A stretch of DNA of 37,280 nucleotides from an uncultured Oscillospiraceae bacterium. Its GTDB lineage: Bacteria > Bacillota > Clostridia > UMGS1840. The stretch is from the NCBI GenBank assembly GCA_964410755.1, contig CAYPIJ010000002.1:1-37280 (forward strand), read 5' to 3'. The translations under genes and the position numbers were made by a program. Below are positions 1-9,940 of the stretch, in pieces. Position 1 is the stretch's first letter. The number at the start of each line of letters is the position of its first letter. The notes beneath the pieces are model-generated. The model saw only the letters and a list, made by a program, of their open reading frames with translations. It did no database searches and was not told the DNA's origin.

Positions 1-105
1 ACCGTATTTTGTTATGGAAAGAACGCCCGAAAAAGTTTTTTCGTTGCTTTCTTTTCTTATTTTTTTGTCCTTTTTATCTTTTTTATGATATTTGTTTTTC
101 TTCAT
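1..105 (-). CDS. 5' end of an unidentified CDS that runs off the window (MKKNKYHKKDKKDKKIRKESNEKTFSGVLSITKYG...)
   Basis: ATG at 105-103 is preceded by GGAGAA (complement of 112-117). The frame stays open to the window edge. The fragment is too short for a family call. Confidence 0.35.
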   Translation of the reverse strand, partial: MKKNKYHKKDKKDKKIRKESNEKTFSGVLSITKYG

Positions 106-165
106 AATATTTTCTCCAAATATTTTTTATTCTTATTATTTGTAAACAAGAACAAAATTAAACCT

Positions 166-204
166 CTAAAAAATAAGCCAAGGTAAAATCCCAAGGCTTA
201 TTTT
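166..204 (-). terminator. Intrinsic terminator after the S41 peptidase gene
   Basis: AATAAGCC (172-179) pairs with GGCTTATT (195-202), with two inner GC pairs. On the minus strand a U-run follows (complement of the A-run at 168-171). Confidence 0.5.
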
Positions 205-209
205 TCTTT

Positions 210-1652
210 TTATTTATCAGCCAATTCTATTGCTTTTTCAAGCTGTAAATCGTTGTAGAATTTAGTTTCCAAAAGTGCGTTTCTTATTGCTGTTTGTGTT
301 GTGAAATCGCAAATTCCGTAAGCATAAAGCTCGTTTGTTTTTTGGAAATTCTTTACAGAGTCTTTTGTTTCTTGGTCGTAAACATCGTTATCTTCCAAAG
401 AATATCCCATTTTCACAAGATATTCTTTAATAACCTTAACGTCTTCACCCTTATCGCCCAAATCGAATTTTCTTTCCTTTACAGGTTCGGGAACTTCGCT
501 TTCGTCAAGCTGATATTCTTCCATAAAGGCTTTATAATCGGGAGTAATTCCCACTTTGTTTATATCTGTGCCGTTTGGGGTTTTATAATGTGCCGTGGTA
601 TATTTGAAAAGTCCACCGTAAAGGGGAAGTCCTTGAATTGTTTGAACAGTTCCCTTTCCGAATGTTTTCCAGCCTACCGTTGTTGCTCTTTTATTGTCGG
701 AAAGTGCTCCTGCCACAACTTCCGATGCACTTGCTGTATATTCATTCATAAGAATTACAACATCGCCATCGTAAATTGCACCTGTTGAAGTATATGTTTC
801 CGCTTGTTTTTCATTTTTTGGCTCAATTGTTACAATTTTCTTGCCCTTTTCCAAAAAGCAGCTTGCAACTTCCAAAGCACCGTTCAAAACACCGCCACCG
901 TTATATCTTAAATCAAGAATAATGCTGTCGATTTTCTTTTCGTTAAATTCTTCCAACGCTTTTTTCACTTCTGTACCTGTAGTTTCGGAAAAATTATCGA
1001 TTTTTATGTATCCTACGGGATTTTTTGTGTTTGAAAGTTCGGCATAAGAAATAGATGCAACATCAATTTGTCCTCTTGTAATTGTAAGATTAACAATATT
1101 TCCGTCGTTATCCAAAAAATCAATATTAACATCTGTTCCTATTTCACCTCTCACATAGGCCAAAGCTCCGTAAAGAGATTTTCCTTCCATGGAAACACCA
1201 TCAACATTTAAAATCTGCCAACCTGCCTTTACTCCCACAGCTTCCGACGAAGAACCGGGCAAAACATTTACAACTCTGAATTTTCCGTTTGACATTTCAA
1301 CCGTTGCGCCAATACCGCCGGAAACGCCTGTTAAATCCGTTTGAATGGCATTAACCTCTTCTTGTGTATAATATTCACCATACTCGTCTATAGACTCTGT
1401 AAAAGCACGCAAAATTTCGTTATATGCTTCGTCATCATCACCTGCAAGCTTCATAAGTGTATCCAAAAAAAGCTCTGTGGAATTAACATCTTCTTTTGCC
1501 GTTTGAACAGCATTGAAAAGAATATATCTTATAAGTTCCTTTTTCGATTCCGCACTTACACCACTGCCTTCGGCAAAAACACACACGGAACAACTAAAAA
1601 TCATAATCAACGATGTTAAAAACGCCACAAGTTTCTTTTTCATAAAAATCAT
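210..1652 (-). CDS. S41 family C-terminal processing peptidase with PDZ domain and C-terminal peptidoglycan-binding domain; secreted
   Basis: N-terminal signal peptide (KKKLVAFLTSLIMIFSCSVCVFA). PDZ-like region. S41 motifs LRYNGGG and TASASEV. C-terminal PG_binding_1-like repeat (GDKGEDVKVIKEYLVKMGY...NFQK). Confidence 0.85.
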   Translation of the reverse strand: MIFMKKKLVAFLTSLIMIFSCSVCVFAEGSGVSAESKKELIRYILFNAVQTAKEDVNSTELFLDTLMKLAGDDDEAYNEILRAFTESIDEYGEYYTQEEVNAIQTDLTGVSGGIGATVEMSNGKFRVVNVLPGSSSEAVGVKAGWQILNVDGVSMEGKSLYGALAYVRGEIGTDVNIDFLDNDGNIVNLTITRGQIDVASISYAELSNTKNPVGYIKIDNFSETTGTEVKKALEEFNEKKIDSIILDLRYNGGGVLNGALEVASCFLEKGKKIVTIEPKNEKQAETYTSTGAIYDGDVVILMNEYTASASEVVAGALSDNKRATTVGWKTFGKGTVQTIQGLPLYGGLFKYTTAHYKTPNGTDINKVGITPDYKAFMEEYQLDESEVPEPVKERKFDLGDKGEDVKVIKEYLVKMGYSLEDNDVYDQETKDSVKNFQKTNELYAYGICDFTTQTAIRNALLETKFYNDLQLEKAIELADK

Positions 1653-1681
1653 TCCTTTCTTAATTTTAAAAAAGTAAAAAA

Positions 1682-3388
1682 TTACATACTTTCAGGTGCT
1701 TCAACGCCCAAAATAGTAAGTGTATTTTTAATTGTATTCTTTGTAAGAGTTATAAGCGAAATTCTTGCTTTCATAAGCTTTTCATCATCTGTTTTTACTC
1801 TGCAAGCGTTGTAGAAAGTATGGAAACAGGAAGAAACATCAATTGCAAATTTTGTAATTCTTGACGGGTCGTAAGTCATAACGGAAGCTTCAATTTCTTC
1901 CGGCAATATTATGATTTTTTCCATAAGCTCTTTTTCTTCTTTTTCAGTCAAAAGTGAAAAATCGCCTTTTTCGTTTATATCCACATTTTCTTCTTTCAAA
2001 AGTCTTAAAATACTGCAAATTCTTGCATGAGCATACTGACAATAAAAAACAGGGTTATCGTTGGACTGTGAAACTGCCAAATCAAGGTCAAAGTCAAAAT
2101 GGCTTGACGGCTGACGGAGATTGAAGAAAAATCTTGCCGCATCTCTTCCTATTTCGTCTATAAGGTCATTCAAAGAAAGGGCTTTACCGCTTCTTTTGGA
2201 AACTCTGTAAATTTCTTTATCCTTGAAAAGTCTTACAAGTTGCATAAGAACAATATGAAGCTTGTCCCCATCGTAACCGAGTGCTGTAAGTGCACCTTTA
2301 AGTCTTTCAACGTGGCCGTGGTGATCTGCACCCCATACATTTATTAAAAATTCGTTTCCTCTTTCAAATTTATTGATGTGATATGCAATATCAGCTGCAA
2401 AATACGTGGGAATACCGTTTGTTCTTATTAAAACATCGTCTTTTTCACAACCGAATTTTGTAGACATAAACCAAACGGCATCGTCCTTTTCATAAGCAAG
2501 TCCGCTTTCAAGAAGTTTATTAACCACTTCTTTTACTTTGTTTTCAGCGTGAAGCTTACTTTCTCTGAACCATACATCATACTTGATACCGTAGTTCATT
2601 GTATCTCTTTCCAAACCTGCCAAATTTTTCTTAAGAGCATAATCGGCAAAAATTTTCTTTCTTTCGCTTGAAGGCATATCTATGTATTTTTCGCTTCCGA
2701 ATTCGGAAATAAAATCTCTCATAGCGTCTTTTATATCCTCGCCCTGATATGCATCTTCGGGAAATTCAATTGCATCGTCACCTTTTACAAGCTGAATAAA
2801 ACGACCTTCCAAAGATATGGCAAATTTTTCAATCTGATTACCAGCATCGTTTACATAAAATTCCTTTGTAACATCATAGCCTGCCCATTTATAAATATTT
2901 GCAAGACAATCACCGATAGCACCGCCTCTTGCGTTTCCTATGTGCATAGGGCCTGTTGGGTTGGCACTTATAAATTCAACATTTACTTTTTTGCCGTTGC
3001 CCATATTTGTTTTACCGAAATTTTCTTTCATATCGTAAGCTTTTTCACAACAATCCGTGTAAAAACTGTCTTTAAGATAGAAATTAATAAAGCCGGGCCC
3101 CGCAACTTCGCATTTTTCAACAAAAGTGTCTTGTGTATCTATTTTTTCAACTATCAAATCAGCAATTTGTTTTGGTGCTTTATGAAGAGTTTTTGCGTTT
3201 CTCATTGCAAAATTAACGGAAAAATCACCGTTTTTCTTTTCTTTCGGAATTTCTATGTCACACAAAAATTCACTCAATTTATCAAGCTTACCTTCCATAA
3301 AAACTTCCTTATAAGCTTCAAAAACCATATCTTTAATACGATTTTTCATCATTTTAATAAAATTAACGTTTGTGTTTAATGTAGTCAT
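1682..3388 (-). CDS. argS: Arginine--tRNA ligase
   Basis: Class I HIGH-type motif PTGPMHIGNARGG, KMSKS-like RVSKRSGK, C-terminal DALR anticodon-binding region, and a typical length of 568 aa. Confidence 0.95.
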   Translation of the reverse strand: MTTLNTNVNFIKMMKNRIKDMVFEAYKEVFMEGKLDKLSEFLCDIEIPKEKKNGDFSVNFAMRNAKTLHKAPKQIADLIVEKIDTQDTFVEKCEVAGPGFINFYLKDSFYTDCCEKAYDMKENFGKTNMGNGKKVNVEFISANPTGPMHIGNARGGAIGDCLANIYKWAGYDVTKEFYVNDAGNQIEKFAISLEGRFIQLVKGDDAIEFPEDAYQGEDIKDAMRDFISEFGSEKYIDMPSSERKKIFADYALKKNLAGLERDTMNYGIKYDVWFRESKLHAENKVKEVVNKLLESGLAYEKDDAVWFMSTKFGCEKDDVLIRTNGIPTYFAADIAYHINKFERGNEFLINVWGADHHGHVERLKGALTALGYDGDKLHIVLMQLVRLFKDKEIYRVSKRSGKALSLNDLIDEIGRDAARFFFNLRQPSSHFDFDLDLAVSQSNDNPVFYCQYAHARICSILRLLKEENVDINEKGDFSLLTEKEEKELMEKIIILPEEIEASVMTYDPSRITKFAIDVSSCFHTFYNACRVKTDDEKLMKARISLITLTKNTIKNTLTILGVEAPESM

Positions 3389-3415
3389 TTTTTGTCTCCT
3401 TTATATAAAAATATC

Positions 3416-3841
3416 TCAATCGGTTTCTTTTAAATTTATCTCAAGGTCATTACGTTGTGTTTTCAGACCGTTAAAATACAAATCGTAGGAAAGGCACAAA
3501 TTACCGCCTTTATCGTCTATGTCAATATTTACATTATCGGGAAATATCGAAAGTGAAAAAGTTCCGTAAGAGGTTTCGTAGTGAGTATCATATTTATTTC
3601 CTTGCTTAAAAATAAGCTGTGAACCCGTTTCACCGAAACGTATCATAGTTACTTTATCATTCTCTATCTTTAACGTTGTTTTTGCACCGTTTGTTTCAAA
3701 TTCTTCAAGATCCGTATAAGTTACATAGTATTTATTGTTTTTCTTAACAAAATCGGCAACGGTAACAAATTCAATTTTATCGTCACCTGTTTCGCTGTTG
3801 TGAATTTCACTTTTTAAAGTGAGGACCATATTTTTACTCAT
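3416..3841 (-). CDS. DUF1934 (YwiB-like) beta-barrel protein
   Basis: 141 aa with the pattern VTMIRFGE...YETSYGTF. It sits immediately upstream of argS, as the YwiB family does in Firmicutes. Confidence 0.7.
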   Translation of the reverse strand: MSKNMVLTLKSEIHNSETGDDKIEFVTVADFVKKNNKYYVTYTDLEEFETNGAKTTLKIENDKVTMIRFGETGSQLIFKQGNKYDTHYETSYGTFSLSIFPDNVNIDIDDKGGNLCLSYDLYFNGLKTQRNDLEINLKETD

Positions 3842-3863
3842 AAATAATAACCTCCTTCATGCA

Positions 3864-4700
3864 TTAATATTTTTCTATATCAATCTTAATCACTTCGGAA
3901 TTTATGGCAAATCCCAAAAACATACTTCCCAAATAGGAAAATTTTTCAACGTCGTCACTGACGTAATATTCAGCCTTACCTTTTTCTTCTCTTTCCGAAA
4001 GCATTTTGTTATTTTTCAAAAGCTCACAAGCAAAAATTGCCGCTTCCTTACCTGCATTTATTATATTAACCTTATTGTCCGTTACTTTTTTTATAACATC
4101 CGTCAAAAGCGGATAATGAGTACACCCAAGAACAAGTGTATCAACTCCGTCATTCATAAGCGGTTCTATATATTCCTTTGCTATTATATATGTAACCTCA
4201 TGGTCAATATATCCGTTTTCCACAAGAGGAACAAAAAGCGGACAAGCTTTTTCAAAAACCTTTACGTTTTTATCTATATTGTGTATTCCACGATTATAGG
4301 AACCGCTGTTTATGGTTGCGGGAGTTCCCAAAATTCCAACTTTGTTGTTTTTCGTCAGTTCAACAGCCTTTTGGCACACAGGCGACAAAACACCTATAAG
4401 AGGTATGTCGAACTCTTTTCGCAAAGGCTCAATGGCAACACTGCTTGCCGTTCCGCAAGCGGCAATTACCGCTTTAACATTTTTTTCTTTCAAAAAATTT
4501 ATATCTTGTCTTACATATTTCACCAAAGTCTTATCGGACTTTGTTCCGTAAGGTACTCGACCGGTATCTCCGAAATATATTATATTTTCATTTGGCAAAA
4601 GCTTAACAAGCTCTCTTACCGAGGTCAATCCCCCAAGACCGGAATCGAAAACACCGATAGGTCTGTTATCCACGGCAAATTTCCTCCTTTTACTGTGCAA
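3864..4700 (-). CDS. murI: Glutamate racemase
   Basis: Motifs IGVFDSGLGGLT, ACGTAS and GCTHYP contain the two catalytic Cys residues. Length 278 aa. Confidence 0.93.
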   Translation of the reverse strand: MHSKRRKFAVDNRPIGVFDSGLGGLTSVRELVKLLPNENIIYFGDTGRVPYGTKSDKTLVKYVRQDINFLKEKNVKAVIAACGTASSVAIEPLRKEFDIPLIGVLSPVCQKAVELTKNNKVGILGTPATINSGSYNRGIHNIDKNVKVFEKACPLFVPLVENGYIDHEVTYIIAKEYIEPLMNDGVDTLVLGCTHYPLLTDVIKKVTDNKVNIINAGKEAAIFACELLKNNKMLSEREEKGKAEYYVSDDVEKFSYLGSMFLGFAINSEVIKIDIEKY

Positions 4701-5721
4701 GCTCTATAAGTTTATCCAAAAGTCCGCTGTAAGTAAACCCGGAATTCATAAGAAGCATGGGATACATACTTAAAGACGTAAAACCTGGAATTGTATTTAC
4801 TTCGTTAAGGTAAATATCACCTTTTTGTCTGTCTATGAAAAAGTCTGCTCTTGTCATACCGGAAAGTCCCAATGCAATATAGGCTTTTTTTGCATAATCT
4901 TTAATCATACTTTTTTGTTCTTCCGTTATATCGGCAGGAATTTTTATGTTTACCTTTGACGGACTGTTATATTTTGTGTCGTAATCGTAAAATTCGCATT
5001 CCGCCAAAATTTCTCCCGGATCGGTAACAAAAACATCTTCATTTCCCAAAACTCCGCATTCAACTTCACGACAATCTATGTATTTTTCCACAAGAACACA
5101 TTTATCTATAAGAAGTGCTTTTTTAATTGCATCTTTCAACTCTTCTTTTTTGTTTACTCTGTAGCAACCAAAGGAAGAACCTGAATTTGCGGGTTTTACA
5201 AAAACGGGTAAATCCATTTTTTCAAAAACACATTCCCATTCGTTTTCTGAATACACATAAACAGCCGGAACAATCGGAATACCTGCATTTTCGAAAATCA
5301 TTTTCGATATTTTTTTATCCATTGCCATTGCACTTGACAAAAAGTCGGGTCCTACTCTTTTTATACCGGCAAGCTTCAAAAGTGCTTGAATTGTGCCGTC
5401 TTCCCCATTGTTTCCGTGCAAAATTGGGAAACAAACATCTATTTCTTTAAAAATTTGTTCATTTTCTTTAAAAATAATAATTCCTTTGTGATTTTTGGAG
5501 GGTGAAATAACAGCTTCATATTTTACTTTGTCTTTCCATGCACCTGTTTTTATATCTTCCAAATCACAATCCACAAAATACCATTTTCCGTCTTTTGTGA
5601 TACCTATTTTTGTAATATCATATTTTTCTTTATCTGTTTGTGAAATCACATTATATGCAGAAATGTTGGAAACATCATGTTCGTTGGACTCTCCGCCGAA
5701 CAAAAAAAGAAGTTTTTTCAT
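4690..5721 (-). CDS. ddl: D-alanine--D-alanine ligase
   Basis: N-terminus LFGGESNEHDVS, ATP-grasp core, C-terminal NEVNTIPGFT. The 3' end overlaps the murI start by 11 nt. Confidence 0.93.
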   Translation of the reverse strand: MKKLLFLFGGESNEHDVSNISAYNVISQTDKEKYDITKIGITKDGKWYFVDCDLEDIKTGAWKDKVKYEAVISPSKNHKGIIIFKENEQIFKEIDVCFPILHGNNGEDGTIQALLKLAGIKRVGPDFLSSAMAMDKKISKMIFENAGIPIVPAVYVYSENEWECVFEKMDLPVFVKPANSGSSFGCYRVNKKEELKDAIKKALLIDKCVLVEKYIDCREVECGVLGNEDVFVTDPGEILAECEFYDYDTKYNSPSKVNIKIPADITEEQKSMIKDYAKKAYIALGLSGMTRADFFIDRQKGDIYLNEVNTIPGFTSLSMYPMLLMNSGFTYSGLLDKLIELAQ

Positions 5722-5745
5722 AGTGTTTTTCCTTTCCTTTTATTC

Positions 5746-7332
5746 TCATTTTTCAAGAATTTTATAGTAAATGTTGTTTACAAACAACTCATTGTTTGAA
5801 TTAAGCTTACTGCTTTTTATTAAAGTTTTATTCAAAAACATAAGCGGAATATGTGGCATAGTTTCATAAAAGTTATCCAATGCCTGTTTATAAATTTGAT
5901 TTTTCAAGTTTTCTTCCGTTGTTGCCGAAAGCTTTGAAAGTGTATTTTCATAACCCAATTCAAGAGGCGACGCATAGCTTCCGTTTAAAGACATAAAAGC
6001 TTCCAGGTCTCCGTCATAACCGATATTGGTTGTTACTATACATATATCATATTCCTTATTTGTGTATTTATTGAGAAAATCCTCATAATTTTCGCAAGAA
6101 GTGGGAATTAATTCTATTCCTGCTTCAAAAAAGTCCTTTTGAATACTTGTAAAAACAGATTTTTTTAAATTTGAATCTAAGTAAAGCACTTTAAAAGAAA
6201 GTCTATTTGGCAAAGATGTATTGTTTTGTGGTTCTTCGCCGCCTTCACTGTCATTATCCGCTTTTACGTAATCCAAAATATTATCGTCGTCCTTATCTTC
6301 ATACCCCATCTGCTTCAAGGTTTCCTTTACAGAGTCCACATCTCTTTCGATAACATAAGACGAACTGTCTATCCACGAAAGAGGATTTACAGGCAACACT
6401 GTTTTTTCTCCATGCGACATAAAAGCATCATTTTGCAGTTTTTCTCTGTCGACCAAAAGACTTAAAACTTTTCTGAAAGGCTTCAAATACATTATGGAAT
6501 TATCGTAATTAAGCTGTAAAAACGTATATTCGTCTGTAGGATAATCGTCCTTTAAAGATTGGGATTTTGTAACCGTTTTCAAGCCTTCGTCATAAAACGA
6601 CGCAAAAACGGCATCTACAATTCCGCTTCCTGCCAAAGAACGTGCCGTAAGCAAATCGGGAACAAATTCAACTTCAACGTCGGTGATTTTCGTTGAAAAA
6701 TCACGATGGTAATCTTTATTAAGCTCCAATTTCAACTCTTTTCCGCTGTTTTCCGATTTTAATTTATACGGACCGCTACCGTTAAGCGGAAATTTTTCTT
6801 CTGCCAAATCAGAAGCAGAAATTATGGGAAAAGTAAGCTGGCTTTTTATGTTTGGAGCCGGTGAATTTAATTTCAAAATAACGGTATAATCATTTTTTGC
6901 CGTTGCAGAAATTATATTTCTAACATTATATTTATAATAATTTTCCTCCGAATTTGTTATAAATTCAATGCTCTTTGCAACATCGTCCGCGGTAAGCTCT
7001 TGACCGTCGTGAAATTTTATATTGCTTTTTATTCTTATGGTAACGGTAGTGCCCCCGTCTTCAACATACAAATCCGATGCAATATTTTCAATTGCACGAA
7101 AATTTTTATCCATATTGTAAAGACTGTCGAAAATAAGTGCAAAACATTGTCTGTTATAATCTGTTTTTATAAGCAACGGATTATAGCTTTCGGAAGAATA
7201 ACAGCCAATTGTAAGCTTGGTTGTATTGTTTGTTTCGGTGTTTTTCTTGGAAGAATCCTTATCACCACAAGAAGAAAGGAAAAAAAGACAAAACATCAAA
7301 CATAAAGCAAAAATTTTTTTATGAAATTTCAT
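5746..7332 (-). CDS. ABC-type substrate-binding lipoprotein, family 5 (peptide/nickel-type), orphan
   Basis: Lipobox FFLSSC-GD after a signal peptide. The 528-aa size and overall pattern fit the Opp/Dpp-like SBP_bac_5 family. There is no adjacent permease or ATPase. Confidence 0.75.
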   Translation of the reverse strand: MKFHKKIFALCLMFCLFFLSSCGDKDSSKKNTETNNTTKLTIGCYSSESYNPLLIKTDYNRQCFALIFDSLYNMDKNFRAIENIASDLYVEDGGTTVTIRIKSNIKFHDGQELTADDVAKSIEFITNSEENYYKYNVRNIISATAKNDYTVILKLNSPAPNIKSQLTFPIISASDLAEEKFPLNGSGPYKLKSENSGKELKLELNKDYHRDFSTKITDVEVEFVPDLLTARSLAGSGIVDAVFASFYDEGLKTVTKSQSLKDDYPTDEYTFLQLNYDNSIMYLKPFRKVLSLLVDREKLQNDAFMSHGEKTVLPVNPLSWIDSSSYVIERDVDSVKETLKQMGYEDKDDDNILDYVKADNDSEGGEEPQNNTSLPNRLSFKVLYLDSNLKKSVFTSIQKDFFEAGIELIPTSCENYEDFLNKYTNKEYDICIVTTNIGYDGDLEAFMSLNGSYASPLELGYENTLSKLSATTEENLKNQIYKQALDNFYETMPHIPLMFLNKTLIKSSKLNSNNELFVNNIYYKILEK

Positions 7333-7362
7333 TTTTTCTCCTTCTTTCCTTTTTTCATATTT

Positions 7363-8157
7363 TTACTGCTCGCTTTTTATGATTGCAGCCATTCTTCCCG
7401 CACGAGTGCCCTGTCGTCTGTAGGAATAAAATTCTTCATTACAGTATGTGCATTTATTTAAAAATGCAATATTTTCTTTTTTCAAGCCCGAAAGCTCAAG
7501 CTGATGTGCAACGATTTTTCCCAAATCCACAAAATATTTGCCGTTTTCTTCTTTTCCGTATTCATTTCCGTAAATGGGAATAAAACCATCGTAAACATCT
7601 TTTTGCACTTCAAAATGGCACATTCCTATGCAAGGCCCCACAGCTGCTATAAGATTATCTTTTTCACAACCACTGTTAACCATTTTTTCAACAGCTTTTG
7701 AAATAATATTACTTTGTGTTCCTCTCCAACCGGAATGGACGGCAGAAACGGTTTTTGTTACCTTATCGCCAATCAAAACAGGAACGCAATCTGCATAAAA
7801 AACCACAAGACTTAAATCTTTGTCCGATGTAATAAGTCCGTCCGCTTCAAAAAATCTTTGAGGGTTCAAAATACCCTCACCGCCAAAATCTTTTGTTACG
7901 TTAAGAACAATATCACTATGTGTTTGTTTTGAACGAACTGCATGTTCACAATCCGAGTTGATTAACAAAAGTGTCTTTGAAAAATTTTCAACCACATTTT
8001 CTGTTGTATCGTCTGTGGAAGTACCGAAATTAAGTTCGTTGTTTTCAAAACTCACACCACCGTAAATTGCGGTAAACATATTTTTTATACCGCACTTATC
8101 AAACTCGTCAAGTGAATAATAAGTAATACCGTTTTTTTGATTTTTAATAAATTCCAT
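7363..8157 (-). CDS. pgeF: Peptidoglycan editing factor PgeF (YfiH/DUF152 laccase-domain protein)
   Basis: Motifs QTHSD, ADCVPV, HSGWRGT and GPCIGMCHFEV are typical of the family. Confidence 0.85.
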   Translation of the reverse strand: MEFIKNQKNGITYYSLDEFDKCGIKNMFTAIYGGVSFENNELNFGTSTDDTTENVVENFSKTLLLINSDCEHAVRSKQTHSDIVLNVTKDFGGEGILNPQRFFEADGLITSDKDLSLVVFYADCVPVLIGDKVTKTVSAVHSGWRGTQSNIISKAVEKMVNSGCEKDNLIAAVGPCIGMCHFEVQKDVYDGFIPIYGNEYGKEENGKYFVDLGKIVAHQLELSGLKKENIAFLNKCTYCNEEFYSYRRQGTRAGRMAAIIKSEQ

Positions 8158-9035
8158 TACATTTTCCTTCTTTTTTCAATGTCTGCGGTTATTCGCTTTT
8201 TTAAACTTTCAAAATCCTTGAATTTCTTTTCCGGGCGCATAAAATCCTCTAAAATAACAGTTATTTTTTTTGAATAAATATTGCCGTCAAAATCAAGTAT
8301 GAAAGTTTCCGAAATAGGCTTTTTCTTTGGATTTGTGGGAGCTGTTCCTATGTTTGTTATTCCTTTGTATGCTTTATTGTCCAAAATAACCGTAGTTTTG
8401 TAGACTCCGTTTTTTGCCTTGACCATATTTTTCTTTAAGGGAACGTTAGCAGTGGGAATATCCAAAATACCGCTTCCTATTCCAAAACCTTTTTGAACAC
8501 TTCCCATTATACTGTAAGGCTTATACAAAAGTTTATTTGCTTTTTTTACTTTGCCCTCTGAAATAAGCATACGTATATAGGTGGAAGACACAATGTTTTC
8601 TCCCGATTTCAAGCAAGGAACAACTATTGTTTCAAAACCGTATTTTTCACCGAGTTTTGTCAAAGTTTCCACGTTTCCCGCTTTATTTTTTCCAAAGAAA
8701 AAATTATCTCCCACAACAACGTATTTTGCATTAAGCTCCTCTTTTAAATATATTCGAACAAACTCATCACAAGTCAAATCTTTCACTTTTTCCAAAAAAG
8801 AAAGTGAAACAAGCTTGTCAATACCAACTTCTTTTGAATATTTTTTTAGTGTATTCTTTTCAAAAATAAGGTTGGGACAATTTTTTGTGTTTACATCAAA
8901 TGTTAGCATAACACCCAAAAGATTATGTTTTTTTTTCAAATCGCAAACCTTTTTTACAAGCTTTAAATGACCTTTATGAAGTCCGTCAAAATTACCTATC
9001 GTAACAACCGAAGGTTTTTTTGTATCTTGTGTCAT
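8157..9035 (-). CDS. ribF: Bifunctional riboflavin kinase / FAD synthetase
   Basis: N-terminal nucleotidyltransferase motif IGNFDGLHKGH and a C-terminal riboflavin kinase domain (GIPTANV...E.FILDF). Confidence 0.9.
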   Translation of the reverse strand: MTQDTKKPSVVTIGNFDGLHKGHLKLVKKVCDLKKKHNLLGVMLTFDVNTKNCPNLIFEKNTLKKYSKEVGIDKLVSLSFLEKVKDLTCDEFVRIYLKEELNAKYVVVGDNFFFGKNKAGNVETLTKLGEKYGFETIVVPCLKSGENIVSSTYIRMLISEGKVKKANKLLYKPYSIMGSVQKGFGIGSGILDIPTANVPLKKNMVKAKNGVYKTTVILDNKAYKGITNIGTAPTNPKKKPISETFILDFDGNIYSKKITVILEDFMRPEKKFKDFESLKKRITADIEKRRKM

Positions 9036-9046
9036 TGTATTTTCCT

Positions 9047-9940
9047 TTATTGAACAAAAAATGTTGTTTTAAGTTTTAAAATATCCTTTGGCATAACTTC
9101 CATAAGAGCAAAAAACTCTTTTCTGTGATTATACACCCTAAAAATATCTCCGACTTTATATTTAACTTTCAATTTCCCTCTTTTTAAATCGTAAGGAATA
9201 CCGTTTTTAATACGTTCTTCACTTATTTCGTCCATAACAATTCTGGGATACTTGCTGAAAGCCATATCAAGTGGGAAAAGCAATTTTTTCAAATCCTTAC
9301 ATCTTTCAACTTCACTTACGGTGTAAACTCTGTGTTTATCAAGGCGGAAATTACCCGTTTGAGTTCTTTCCAAAGATGTCATAATTGCTCCATAGCCCAA
9401 TTTTTTTCCAAAATCGTCAATAAGGCTTCTGATGTATGTTCCTTTTGAACAGTGAACGGAAAACTTAACATCGTCCCCTTCACGACTTAAAAATTCTATG
9501 CTGTATATTTCTATTTGTGCAGTTTTTCTCTTGATTTCTTTGCCCTCTCTTGCAAGCTCGTAAAGTTTTTTTCCATCAACTTTTTTTGCGCTGTACATGG
9601 GAGGAGTTTGCTCCTGCTTTCCGACAAAACTGTTAAGTGTTTCAATAATTTGTTCGTCGCTTATATCTTTGTGTTCCAATACAGTCAATTCTCCGGTTAT
9701 ATCGAGAGTATCGGAAATTGTTCCGAGACGCATGGTTGCAATATAAGATTTATCTTCGGCTATTATGTAATCAGCCGCTTTTGTTGCTTTTCCAACCAAA
9801 ATAACCATAAGCCCCGTAGCAAGGGGATCCAAAGTCCCCGTGTGACCTACTTTTTTCGTACGAAAAACTCTTCTCATATCATTAACAATGTCATGAGATG
9901 TAGGCCCTTTATGTTTATTTACAAGTAAGTAACCATCCAT
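9047..9940 (-). CDS. truB: tRNA pseudouridine(55) synthase
   Basis: GYLLVNKHKGPTSHD plus the catalytic-Asp motif GHTGTLDPLATG, with a C-terminal PUA-like region. Confidence 0.93.
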   Translation of the reverse strand: MDGYLLVNKHKGPTSHDIVNDMRRVFRTKKVGHTGTLDPLATGLMVILVGKATKAADYIIAEDKSYIATMRLGTISDTLDITGELTVLEHKDISDEQIIETLNSFVGKQEQTPPMYSAKKVDGKKLYELAREGKEIKRKTAQIEIYSIEFLSREGDDVKFSVHCSKGTYIRSLIDDFGKKLGYGAIMTSLERTQTGNFRLDKHRVYTVSEVERCKDLKKLLFPLDMAFSKYPRIVMDEISEERIKNGIPYDLKRGKLKVKYKVGDIFRVYNHRKEFFALMEVMPKDILKLKTTFFVQ